DNA of 23,345 bases from Polyangiales bacterium (GTDB lineage: Bacteria > Myxococcota_A > Polyangia > Polyangiales > Houyiibacteriaceae), in assembly GCA_045106895.1 (NCBI GenBank), contig JBGCFM010000180.1:1-23345 (forward strand). Direction: 5' to 3'. The notes under the pieces were generated by a model, which saw nothing but the letters and a program-made list of their open reading frames with translations, had not been told where the DNA came from and ran no database searches. Made by a program: the position numbers and the translations under genes. Every line of letters starts with the position of its first letter. Position 1 is the stretch's first letter. This document shows, one piece after another, positions 1 through 7,567 of this stretch.

Positions 1-1
1 C

Positions 2-703
2 ATCGAGGTCATCAACAACGTTTCGTGGACGGCTGGGAGTCGCCTAATGCGCGGCGAAGGCGACGGCCGCCTCAATCACATCGGCAACTACAACGACTAC
101 GGCACGCGGGCCATCACGGATCGGCGCATGAATATGTACCACTACCGAAGCGCCGCCCCGCCCTCCATCTACACGTCGGGGAATCGTATTGTGGCCGTGA
201 ATATGAACGCGCCGATCACGAGCAGCTTGGAAGAGCTCTTCGCGGACAACCGACGTATGTGGCGCGTGTTTCAACCCTCCGAAGGCTTTGAGATCGGCGA
301 TCCGCTTCCGGCGGCTTACTTTACGGATGTACAGCACGACCTCCTGGGAGCGCCCACCGTCGTACTCAGCGCGGACGAAGCTCTCGTTGATGTGCGCGAG
401 AACGTCGGCGCAAACGCGCGCCTGAACGGGGATGGCGCCGTCGTTGATAACCTCGACGTACTCGACACGGAGTGGCTCGGAAACGTGCGCTCCGGGACCT
501 ACGTCGCCCGCGTCAACCGTTCGGAATACAATGTTCCACTCATCGATGGCGGTGCGCCTTATGTCGACACTGATCGCGACGGGATGCCCGACGCGTGGGA
601 GTCATCGCGTGGGCTCGACCCAGAGGTCGACGACTCCGCCGGTGACGACGACGCGGATGGTTACACAAACCTCGAGGAGTTCCTCAACCAGGTCGATTTC
701 TAA
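2..703 (+). CDS. 5'-truncated pectate lyase-like (PL1-type beta-helix) protein, C-terminal part
   Basis: Frame is open from base 2 (IEVINNVSWTAGSRLMR...). It has NHIGNY and the C-terminal DTDRDGMPDAWE...DGYTNLEEFLNQVDF tail typical of this family, and shares motifs with 7564..9282. Confidence 0.75.
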   Translation: MEVINNVSWTAGSRLMRGEGDGRLNHIGNYNDYGTRAITDRRMNMYHYRSAAPPSIYTSGNRIVAVNMNAPITSSLEELFADNRRMWRVFQPSEGFEIGDPLPAAYFTDVQHDLLGAPTVVLSADEALVDVRENVGANARLNGDGAVVDNLDVLDTEWLGNVRSGTYVARVNRSEYNVPLIDGGAPYVDTDRDGMPDAWESSRGLDPEVDDSAGDDDADGYTNLEEFLNQVDF

Positions 704-768
704 GCCGGCGCACCACCGGTTCTTAGACCGCTCGTGGACATGCACACCGGCTATGGCAGGGTCCGATC

Positions 769-1677
769 ATGTCGAAGTTCTCCACTGATCTGCAGCGTTG
801 CTTCTTCTGCGTCGTCGCGTCGTGTGTCGTGCTCGCCGGCTGCGGCGAGAAGTTTGTCGTCGGCGATGAAGATGCTGCGACCGATGGCGGAGCGGGAAAC
901 GATGCACGAACGGACTCCGAGGGCGACGCCTGTGATCTCGCGACCGCAGAATACAGGCGGGCCTGCGAGTTCGGCGAGCGTACCTACGAGAACATCTGCC
1001 GCGGAGCGGCGGAGGGTTTTGTTCGCTATGAGGGGCTATGCGTAGCCGAGGTCGCGTCTTTGGATGCCTGCTTGGAGATGAAAGCCTGCGGAGACTTCCC
1101 GTGTGAAGAAGAAGCGACGGCGTGGGCCACTTGCCTCGACGAGGCATGCTCCTGTCGCGAGGATTGCCATCCTGGATGCGAGCCCCAGCCGTTCATGTTC
1201 GTTCTACCGCCGGTCGCGCTCTCGGACCTTACCAGCCTCGCCTTCGCCGATGGTCTTTGCACCAGCGCGGCAGGCGACGCGTCGCTGGGAGGCACGTGGG
1301 TTGCTTATCTGGGCTCCGAGTCCAATGCGCTGTCCGAACGTGTCCCGTCGGCGACGTACCATCGCACCTCGGATCGACAGCCTGCGTTCTCGTTTAGTCC
1401 GGGCTTCCCCACGCGGATCCAATCTTTCCTTTTCGATGCCCACGGCGCGGCCGTCGAACCCATCATGGCCGAAGCGAGCGGCGGTCTGGTGAGCGGTGAA
1501 ATCGTCCCGGCGTGGTCCGGCACGCCGAGTCACTGCTCGAGTTGGACGTCGAGTTCGGTGGCGGACCAAGCCTCTCTTATCGAACTTGAGGGAACCCTGC
1601 TCAACCTGGGGATGTTCGTGGTGCCCTGCGATGCGCGAGACTTCGAGGCTCACCTTCTTTGCCTCGAAGTTCTCTAA
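769..1677 (+). CDS. Cys-rich lipoprotein with C-terminal DUF1554/endostatin-like domain
   Basis: Lipobox VLAG-C and Cys-rich middle. The C-terminal ADGLC..A...LGGTWVAYL...WSG...CSSWTS...C....LLCLE pattern resembles DUF1554-like lectin folds. Confidence 0.65.
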   Translation: MSKFSTDLQRCFFCVVASCVVLAGCGEKFVVGDEDAATDGGAGNDARTDSEGDACDLATAEYRRACEFGERTYENICRGAAEGFVRYEGLCVAEVASLDACLEMKACGDFPCEEEATAWATCLDEACSCREDCHPGCEPQPFMFVLPPVALSDLTSLAFADGLCTSAAGDASLGGTWVAYLGSESNALSERVPSATYHRTSDRQPAFSFSPGFPTRIQSFLFDAHGAAVEPIMAEASGGLVSGEIVPAWSGTPSHCSSWTSSSVADQASLIELEGTLLNLGMFVVPCDARDFEAHLLCLEVL

Positions 1678-1689
1678 CGACCGTCGTCG

Positions 1690-3357
1690 CTAGCTGGATA
1701 CCTTGTATTGCGCGATGACATACGCGTGGTCGGAGGCTTTGTGCGCGTCGTCTCCGGGTTTAACTCCCGTCAGTTCGTTGCCGTGGAGGATCTGGTAGCG
1801 GACCCGGCCTTCGTCGTATGCGCTGCGCCGGACCACGCCGTGCATCAAAACCTGGAGCTGGCCTCGGTGGTTGTAGTCGTAGCGTTCGTCCGGGGCGAGG
1901 GACTCGACCATGTTGAAGCCGTCGTCACCGCAAAGCGCCTGCAGAGTCGCGCTGAACTCGAAGTCATTGAAGTCTCCGGTGACGTAGTAATCCACGGGCT
2001 CTTCTCGGTCTTCGAGGGTCTGATGAATGAGCTGCGCTTGGGCCACGCGAACAGGCTCGCGCGCGTCGACTCCAGGTGTTTCCGGGGAGAAGATGCTCTT
2101 CTGGTGGCGTTTTGAAGCGAGGTGCACGTTGACCACATCGAGAAGAGCTCCGGAGGAGAGCACTTTGAACCGCGCCATGAGCGGCTTCCGCGAGCCGTCG
2201 TAGCACTCACTCTCGACTCCGAGGCGCCGCAAAGAGCCGTCTTCAATGGCGACGCGTGAGGGGTTGTAGAGAAAAGCGTTGCGAATGTTCCCGCCTGGCT
2301 GACCGCCGTCTTCGCCGGCCGCCGGCGGAATGTCCGCCCAGGCGTAGCGTGGGCCGCCAAGAAAGAGAATGTCCTTGGTGAGCTGCTTGTATGTGTCGGT
2401 GGCGTCGACGACCTCCGTGATCTCCGCGCCGTCGTTGTCCTGGATCTCCTGGAGCGCGATGATGTCCGGGGAGCGTGCTTGCCGGACGATGGCCTTCGCG
2501 AGGAGTTCAAAGCGGCCGTAGCGGACGTCGTCGTCGACGTCGCGGTCCGAATCGACGAGGTTCGGGTCTTCGAGGTTTGCGTCGAGGTTGAATCCGTTGA
2601 GCGTGAGAATCGTCGCGGAGTGTTCGCGTTCCTCAAAAGAGGCCTGGCTGTAGGGGACGCGCGCGTCCTCAAAGCTCACTGCCGTGCGAGCGACGATCTG
2701 GAACGCGTCCGCACGGTAGTTCAGGGGACCCATGACGGGCTTGAGCAAGGTCGCGCCCACGTTCAGTTTCGGCGCAGTCTCGCGCTTCACGATTCGAAAG
2801 CCGGGAAACCAGCGACTTGGGTGTTCGGCGTCGACGAGTATCCCGCCGTTCTTCGCTCTCGCGGCGACGACGTCTTTGGGAACGCAGACATAGTCCCCAT
2901 AAGGGTTGCTCGGCGCGGTGAAGACGGCGCCGGCCTCGATACCGACGAGCATGCCCTCGAGGCCGTTGAGGATCTGAGCGAGCTCCGTTGCGTCGCTCGG
3001 AAGGTGACCGTTGTTGAGCCAAACTGGAGAAATCTCGGGCCCTTTCTCTTCGAGGCGAATGGCTTCGAGGAGCTTGAGCTGGGTGGTCGGCCTGCTGCCT
3101 TCGTTGCGGACGTAGTCCAGCACCTTGCCAGTGAGCTCGAGGTAGGAGCCGACCTTCGCTTTTCGTCGCGGGCTGAAGACGAAGATCGCGTCAGAGCAGC
3201 GCGGGTTGTCGTTTCGCTTCGGAGATTGGACGAAGTAGCCTCGGCGGCCTCGTCCCGTGACCACGCCACGTACCTTCACCGTCTTGCCCGCAAGAGGCGA
3301 AAAGACGCCGTCTCCCTGAATGACATGAATGGGCGTCAAAGGCGTGTCTTGGTTCAT
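1690..3357 (-). CDS. Endonuclease/exonuclease/phosphatase (EEP) family nuclease with N-terminal OB fold (ExeM/NucH/YhcR-like)
   Basis: IHVIQG..SPLAG..V.VRGVVT..GYFVQ..SDAIFV OB motif; EEP motifs ALQEIQD, VNVHL, GDFND and SDHA. Confidence 0.88.
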   Translation of the reverse strand: MNQDTPLTPIHVIQGDGVFSPLAGKTVKVRGVVTGRGRRGYFVQSPKRNDNPRCSDAIFVFSPRRKAKVGSYLELTGKVLDYVRNEGSRPTTQLKLLEAIRLEEKGPEISPVWLNNGHLPSDATELAQILNGLEGMLVGIEAGAVFTAPSNPYGDYVCVPKDVVAARAKNGGILVDAEHPSRWFPGFRIVKRETAPKLNVGATLLKPVMGPLNYRADAFQIVARTAVSFEDARVPYSQASFEEREHSATILTLNGFNLDANLEDPNLVDSDRDVDDDVRYGRFELLAKAIVRQARSPDIIALQEIQDNDGAEITEVVDATDTYKQLTKDILFLGGPRYAWADIPPAAGEDGGQPGGNIRNAFLYNPSRVAIEDGSLRRLGVESECYDGSRKPLMARFKVLSSGALLDVVNVHLASKRHQKSIFSPETPGVDAREPVRVAQAQLIHQTLEDREEPVDYYVTGDFNDFEFSATLQALCGDDGFNMVESLAPDERYDYNHRGQLQVLMHGVVRRSAYDEGRVRYQILHGNELTGVKPGDDAHKASDHAYVIAQYKVSS

Positions 3358-3363
3358 TCGGGG

Positions 3364-3369
3364 ACTATA
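3364..3369 (-). promoter_or_regulatory. -10 box TATAGT 6 nt upstream of ATG (leaderless promoter candidate)
   Basis: Minus strand reads TATAGT-ccccga-ATG with no SD. Confidence 0.6.
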
Positions 3370-3507
3370 CGCGGGCTTGCGTGTAAGCGATGGTGTTTCC
3401 GAAACGTTTGCGTTTCGCTTAGCGCGTACAGCGTCATGGGCGTTTCCAATCGAGAGCGCTCGTTGAGCACTCGCCGAGTGAAGATGAAATCGTTCAATCG
3501 TGCGCGT

Positions 3508-4317
3508 CTAAAACGTGCCGCGAACGAACGCCGTGCAGCCATTCTGGTGGCAGCTAGCCTGTACATCGGGTTCATCTTCGGATCGACTGCCAAGCAAGAG
3601 CGCGGTGACGCCGCCCGCGACGCCTGCCAACGCGATGCCGTAACCCAGCCAACGAAGGCCGCCGAAACGGGAGTGTCGATCGGCAAGAGACTGTTGGTCG
3701 AAACTCGCCTGACAGAGGTTTTGCTCCGGACCGAAGCGACATGCCTCATCGAGTTGCTCCGCCTCGTTGCCGCGCTTCACATGCATCGCAACTCCGAAGG
3801 CGAGTCCGCCGGCCGCTACACCGAAGGATGCGATGGCCGCGATGAGACGCACATTCGTTCCTGAGGGCTCAGTGGATGGCGGGCCGCTGGCATTGGTCTC
3901 CACGTCCACGTCCACGTCCACGTCCACTTCAACGACACGTGTAGTTTCCGACTCGACACGGTCACGCATTGCAGTGAGTACGCCGTCGAGGCGCTCCCGC
4001 TGAGGAGCGAGCTGGGCCGATGCGCCACTGTCCAAATACAACTCGAGCGCGCTGATGGCGCCCGGGAGGTTCGCATTGTCGCGGTGGGCAAGGAACAGAT
4101 TGTAGTACATCTCGTCGCGCTGCGAGAGCCTGTGAGCGACCTCGAAGTGTTCGACGGCGTCCGCGAAATGGCCCGAGTCATAGGCAACGACGCCTTGGCG
4201 GAATCGGTATCTTGCCTCGTCGAGATCGGGTTCGACTTCTTCATCGCGATCTTGCGCGGAAAGAGGCGACGCCGCTGCAACGCCGCCAAGGAGAAGAGCA
4301 ACAAGCAATCGAATCAT
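3508..4317 (-). CDS. Secreted/membrane TPR-containing protein of myxobacterial type
   Basis: Signal peptide; TPR (ARYRFRQGVVAYDSGHFADAVEHFEVAH...YYNL); two hydrophobic segments; terminal ...FVRGTF. ATGA overlap with the upstream gene at 4314-4317. Confidence 0.8.
   Translation of the reverse strand: MIRLLVALLLGGVAAASPLSAQDRDEEVEPDLDEARYRFRQGVVAYDSGHFADAVEHFEVAHRLSQRDEMYYNLFLAHRDNANLPGAISALELYLDSGASAQLAPQRERLDGVLTAMRDRVESETTRVVEVDVDVDVDVETNASGPPSTEPSGTNVRLIAAIASFGVAAGGLAFGVAMHVKRGNEAEQLDEACRFGPEQNLCQASFDQQSLADRHSRFGGLRWLGYGIALAGVAGGVTALLLGSRSEDEPDVQASCHQNGCTAFVRGTF
3899..3927. repeat. In-frame hexanucleotide SSR (TCCACG) x~4.8 encoding VDVDVDVDV
   Basis: tccacg tandem array read directly. 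Confidence 0.9.
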
Positions 4318-5612
4318 CGTGTTCTCCGCAATACGACTACCAGCCCGAACAAAGCGAAGAAGGGGACGAAGGGACGTCCATTTCCCCCGCTTGTCGAACA
4401 GCCAAGCTCGGTCCGAGGGACGAGTTCTCCTTCGTCACCTGCGTCTGCTACGGCCGCATCGACACTGCCCCCATCCATTCCGCCCGCATCAGGACCGGCG
4501 TCCATTCCGCCTGCATCAGGACCGGCGTCCATTCCGCCTGGGCCAGCGTCCATTCCCTCGCAGGCATCACCAACGCCGTCTCCATTCGCATCGTCTTGGG
4601 TGGAGTTGGGAATGAGAGGGCAGTTGTCGCCGGGGCCGAATACTCCGTCGCCATCAGGGTCGGCAAAGGTCATTGCTGTGTTGAGTGTGCCTTCGGCGCC
4701 CATCGTCATACTCGGCCCGCCACCTGCAATGTCTACCGTGCCCGAGAACATGTCTCGCGGGCCGAAGACCTTGATTCGACCACCTCCGCCACCACCGGCA
4801 ATCGCGCCATCGCCGCTGCCTGTCCCTCGAGTCGCGCCTGCTCCACCGCGGGCCTCCAGCACACCAGTAAAATTGAGCGTCGGCGTGTCGAGGAGAATCG
4901 TGCCGCCCGATCCTCCGCCGCCAGCGCCAACGCCAGTGCGGCCGCCAGGTGTCTCCGGCGAGGTTCCGTTGCCGCCATTGACGCGAACCGTTCCTGAAAT
5001 CTGTATTCTCTCGTAGGCGCGCAATGCGATCGCTGCACCACCGGCACCACCCGTGCCCGACATGCATGGGCTGCATGGAGCAGCGGGTTGCCCGCCGCCG
5101 GAGCCGGTGTCCAAAGCCCGAGGGTCAGCAGCGTCTCCGAACACCGCGCCTCCTGCGCCGCCTTGTTCACTGCTGGGGTTCAACATTGGCTCGGCATTCC
5201 CACCGGCGCCTCCATGTCCTCCGCCGCCGGAACTCTGTCCGATTTGAAGACCGCCCGATAGCCCCGCTTCGCCGTAGCCGCGCGCTCCAGTACCGCCCGG
5301 CGAGGGCCCCTCTGCGGGAACGACCGTTTCGACGACGCTCCCCCCCTCTATACTTCTCTCTTTCGACCCGCCCATCGCTCCATTCCCAGTGCCGTCCAGT
5401 TCACCGGAAATGAAGATCTCGCGCGCATGAATACGCACGGCTCCGTCGACAAAAACGGTAGTCCCCACGCCGATTTGAAAGGTACCGATGTTGAGTTGGT
5501 CTTCGTCTAAGCGGGTGCCGTCGGCGGGCGCGAAATCCGCGCCCCCGTGATCTACCTGCGCACCCGCTGTGGTCGCAATGAGAAGAAAGGAGAGGGCGAC
5601 GGAAAGACGCAT
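4314..5612 (-). CDS. Gly-rich surface protein with thrombospondin type-3 repeat and MYXO-CTERM
   Basis: Signal peptide; GGGGG-rich repeats; DPDGDGV..DNCPLIPNSTQDDANGDGVGDAC (TSP3); DAG linker; C-terminal LGCSTS...hydrophobic...RRTR. Confidence 0.85.
   Translation of the reverse strand: MRLSVALSFLLIATTAGAQVDHGGADFAPADGTRLDEDQLNIGTFQIGVGTTVFVDGAVRIHAREIFISGELDGTGNGAMGGSKERSIEGGSVVETVVPAEGPSPGGTGARGYGEAGLSGGLQIGQSSGGGGHGGAGGNAEPMLNPSSEQGGAGGAVFGDAADPRALDTGSGGGQPAAPCSPCMSGTGGAGGAAIALRAYERIQISGTVRVNGGNGTSPETPGGRTGVGAGGGGSGGTILLDTPTLNFTGVLEARGGAGATRGTGSGDGAIAGGGGGGRIKVFGPRDMFSGTVDIAGGGPSMTMGAEGTLNTAMTFADPDGDGVFGPGDNCPLIPNSTQDDANGDGVGDACEGMDAGPGGMDAGPDAGGMDAGPDAGGMDGGSVDAAVADAGDEGELVPRTELGCSTSGGNGRPFVPFFALFGLVVVLRRTR
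4474..4556. repeat. 27-bp coding tandem repeat (GGMDAGPDA linker), 2 full and 2 partial units
   Basis: tccattccgcc(c/t)gcatcaggaccggcg at 4474 and 4501; partial units at 4528 and 4549. Confidence 0.9.
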
Positions 5613-5618
5613 GGCCGA

Positions 5619-5624
5619 ACGATA
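5619..5624 (-). promoter_or_regulatory. -10 box TATCGT 6 nt upstream of ATG (leaderless promoter candidate)
   Basis: Minus strand reads TATCGT-tcggcc-ATG. Confidence 0.55.
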
Positions 5625-5667
5625 GCGGGGTTAGCGGAAGAATAGAACGTTGATTCGGCGGCACACG

Positions 5668-5790
5668 CTAGATCACTCTGCGCTTGCGGAGCGTGCGATG
5701 GGCAGCGAAGGAGGGACCACAACGGTGCCGATTGCTGCGCCAAGCGGAATAGACATCCACACGAATTGGCATACATTGGGTCCGGATTGG
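5668..5790 (-). pseudogene. Decayed, frameshifted MYXO-CTERM-like 3' gene remnant
   Basis: Minus strand reads ...NSCGCLFRLAQQSAPLWSLL, then after a 1-nt shift ...TLRKRRVI*. No attached gene body. Confidence 0.45.
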
Positions 5791-5860
5791 CCGTCCCGCG
5801 CGGTCTGTCCCTGAGCACAGCTCTCTGTCGGCCTGCGCCGGCCCGCGCACCCGGAGTCCC

Positions 5861-7567
5861 ATGGCCCGACCTCATCACCATCGTTTCGCGAAGTCCGTCT
5901 TGCCGCAGCTCTTTTTCGCGGCGCCGGGGGAGACCATCGTGGCGGTCTCGGGCGCTCAAGGGAAAGACTACCTTTCTCACCACTGGAACACAGCGAGCGA
6001 CGCGCCCCTGCCGCACCATGGACTTGAGGTGCTCGGCATCTCTCAGGCTGGCGCTCATCAAGTGGTCATCATCGCGATGCCTCCTGCCCTTGAACCAAAC
6101 GAAGCGATCTTTGTGGCGCTGGTCATGGAAGGCACGTCGCCGAGCGTCTACTTCTACGAACGCTGCAGTGCCGACGGCGTTGGCGGGAGCGTGCCCCACG
6201 ATAGCCAAGCGGTACTCGCGATGCAGCGCCCAGCGTCCCGCGCCAACCGCGGCTTCTTCGAGGGACTGACCCTCGACGCATTTCGCTCAGCTCTCGGCCG
6301 CAGCCTGGGGGTGGAAGTTCCGTCGCCAGTGAAGATCAGCGCCCCCCAAAGCCCAATGGCGCCGCCGGTGGTGAACAAAGGCGCGCCGCTCTTTCCTTTG
6401 CTCAAGGCGAAAGACTGGCACGCCAAAGCGCTCGCGCTGACGATGCCGCTTCCTGGCGTTACACATCCAGATGCGCCCTGCGTGGCCTTCGCCCGCAACA
6501 TGGAAGACCAGTATGTGATTCTCACGCTCCAAGAAGCGGGAGATGCAAACCCCACGGCGGTGTTTCACGACGCGGTGAAGAATCTCTCAGCGCAGCCCGC
6601 AGACGTGTCGATGATGCAAGGCGTCGCGGTCTGCGGAGGGAGCGACTTCGCGGCGGACCGTCTCGTTGACCCCAATTTTTTCGCCGTCGTTCAGAACCAG
6701 CTGGGCAGTCAAGACCTCTACGTCTGTGCGCCGCATCGTCGAGCGATCTACGCCATCTCCGCGAGCGCGGACAACTACACCAAGACGCTCTTCGGAGGCA
6801 TGGTCTCCACCGAGCTTACGCGTTCGCCGCCGCCCGGTGCGCCAGTCTCCGACTTGCTCTTTCGTGTCAACAATGGCCGCATCGTGTCGGCGCATAAGCT
6901 CCAAGAAGTCGTGCCCACGCATGCCGCACCAGCGCAGCCACAGAACACGAGCGGCGGCTACGGCTTGCCTGGCGGATCCGGCAGTTCGAGCGCGTATGGC
7001 CTGCCGAATCGTTCGTTCGGGGCCCGGCCGAACGCCGCACCGGCCGGAATGCCAGCTGGAGCCATACCCGCTGGAGCGGGGGGTGCTCACGATAGAGCGG
7101 CCGCGCGGGCGGCGGGGATCGCGGCGATCGTCACGCTTCTCATCAGCTCCCTCAGCACCTTCTTCTTCGCCTTTACCGGCCTCGGCGCCGGCTCGGTGGG
7201 CGGATTCGTATTTTGGATCGCCTGTGGCTTCTTGATTCGTGTCCCCGCTTCGCGGCCTGCGGCCATCGTGGCGCTCGTCTCATCGTTCTTCAACATCGGC
7301 ACGAGCGCACTCCTCTATGACTCCTCCTTTGGTCTCTATGGAGCCGGCGCCATCGCCGCAGTTACTATGGGCGCCTTCGCGTGGGGACTCGGAAAGGCTT
7401 GCTCGCCGCCGAAGATCGGCATCGCTGCAACGGTCGCCGTCGTCGCCCTCTCGCTGCTTTGGCTGCCGATGGTGATCACTCTTGGGCAGGGTGCCTCGCT
7501 CATCATGTGGCTACGCCTTTTCGTGCTCCTTGGCCTTGCTGGCTACGTCGTCAAAGAAAACAGTTAG
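5861..7567 (+). CDS. Hypothetical multidomain membrane protein (N-terminal unknown domain, DUF1444/YtpQ-like middle, Gly/Pro linker, ~5 TM helices)
   Basis: 568-aa ORF with coding-like codon use and a hydrophobic C-terminal third. Its stop overlaps the convergent stop (TTAG, 7564-7567). Confidence 0.75.
   Translation: MARPHHHRFAKSVLPQLFFAAPGETIVAVSGAQGKDYLSHHWNTASDAPLPHHGLEVLGISQAGAHQVVIIAMPPALEPNEAIFVALVMEGTSPSVYFYERCSADGVGGSVPHDSQAVLAMQRPASRANRGFFEGLTLDAFRSALGRSLGVEVPSPVKISAPQSPMAPPVVNKGAPLFPLLKAKDWHAKALALTMPLPGVTHPDAPCVAFARNMEDQYVILTLQEAGDANPTAVFHDAVKNLSAQPADVSMMQGVAVCGGSDFAADRLVDPNFFAVVQNQLGSQDLYVCAPHRRAIYAISASADNYTKTLFGGMVSTELTRSPPPGAPVSDLLFRVNNGRIVSAHKLQEVVPTHAAPAQPQNTSGGYGLPGGSGSSSAYGLPNRSFGARPNAAPAGMPAGAIPAGAGGAHDRAAARAAGIAAIVTLLISSLSTFFFAFTGLGAGSVGGFVFWIACGFLIRVPASRPAAIVALVSSFFNIGTSALLYDSSFGLYGAGAIAAVTMGAFAWGLGKACSPPKIGIAATVAVVALSLLWLPMVITLGQGASLIMWLRLFVLLGLAGYVVKENS

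Noticed and set aside
2479..3864. Long antisense ORFs (also 13271..14311, 19952..20947, 4084..5016, 21547..22347)
   Set aside because: These are shadow frames opposite well-supported genes in GC-rich DNA and have no recognisable motifs.
4474..4556. CRISPR-like repeat (also 7787..7816)
   Set aside because: Contiguous in-frame coding repeats (DAG linkers) with no spacers and no cas genes.
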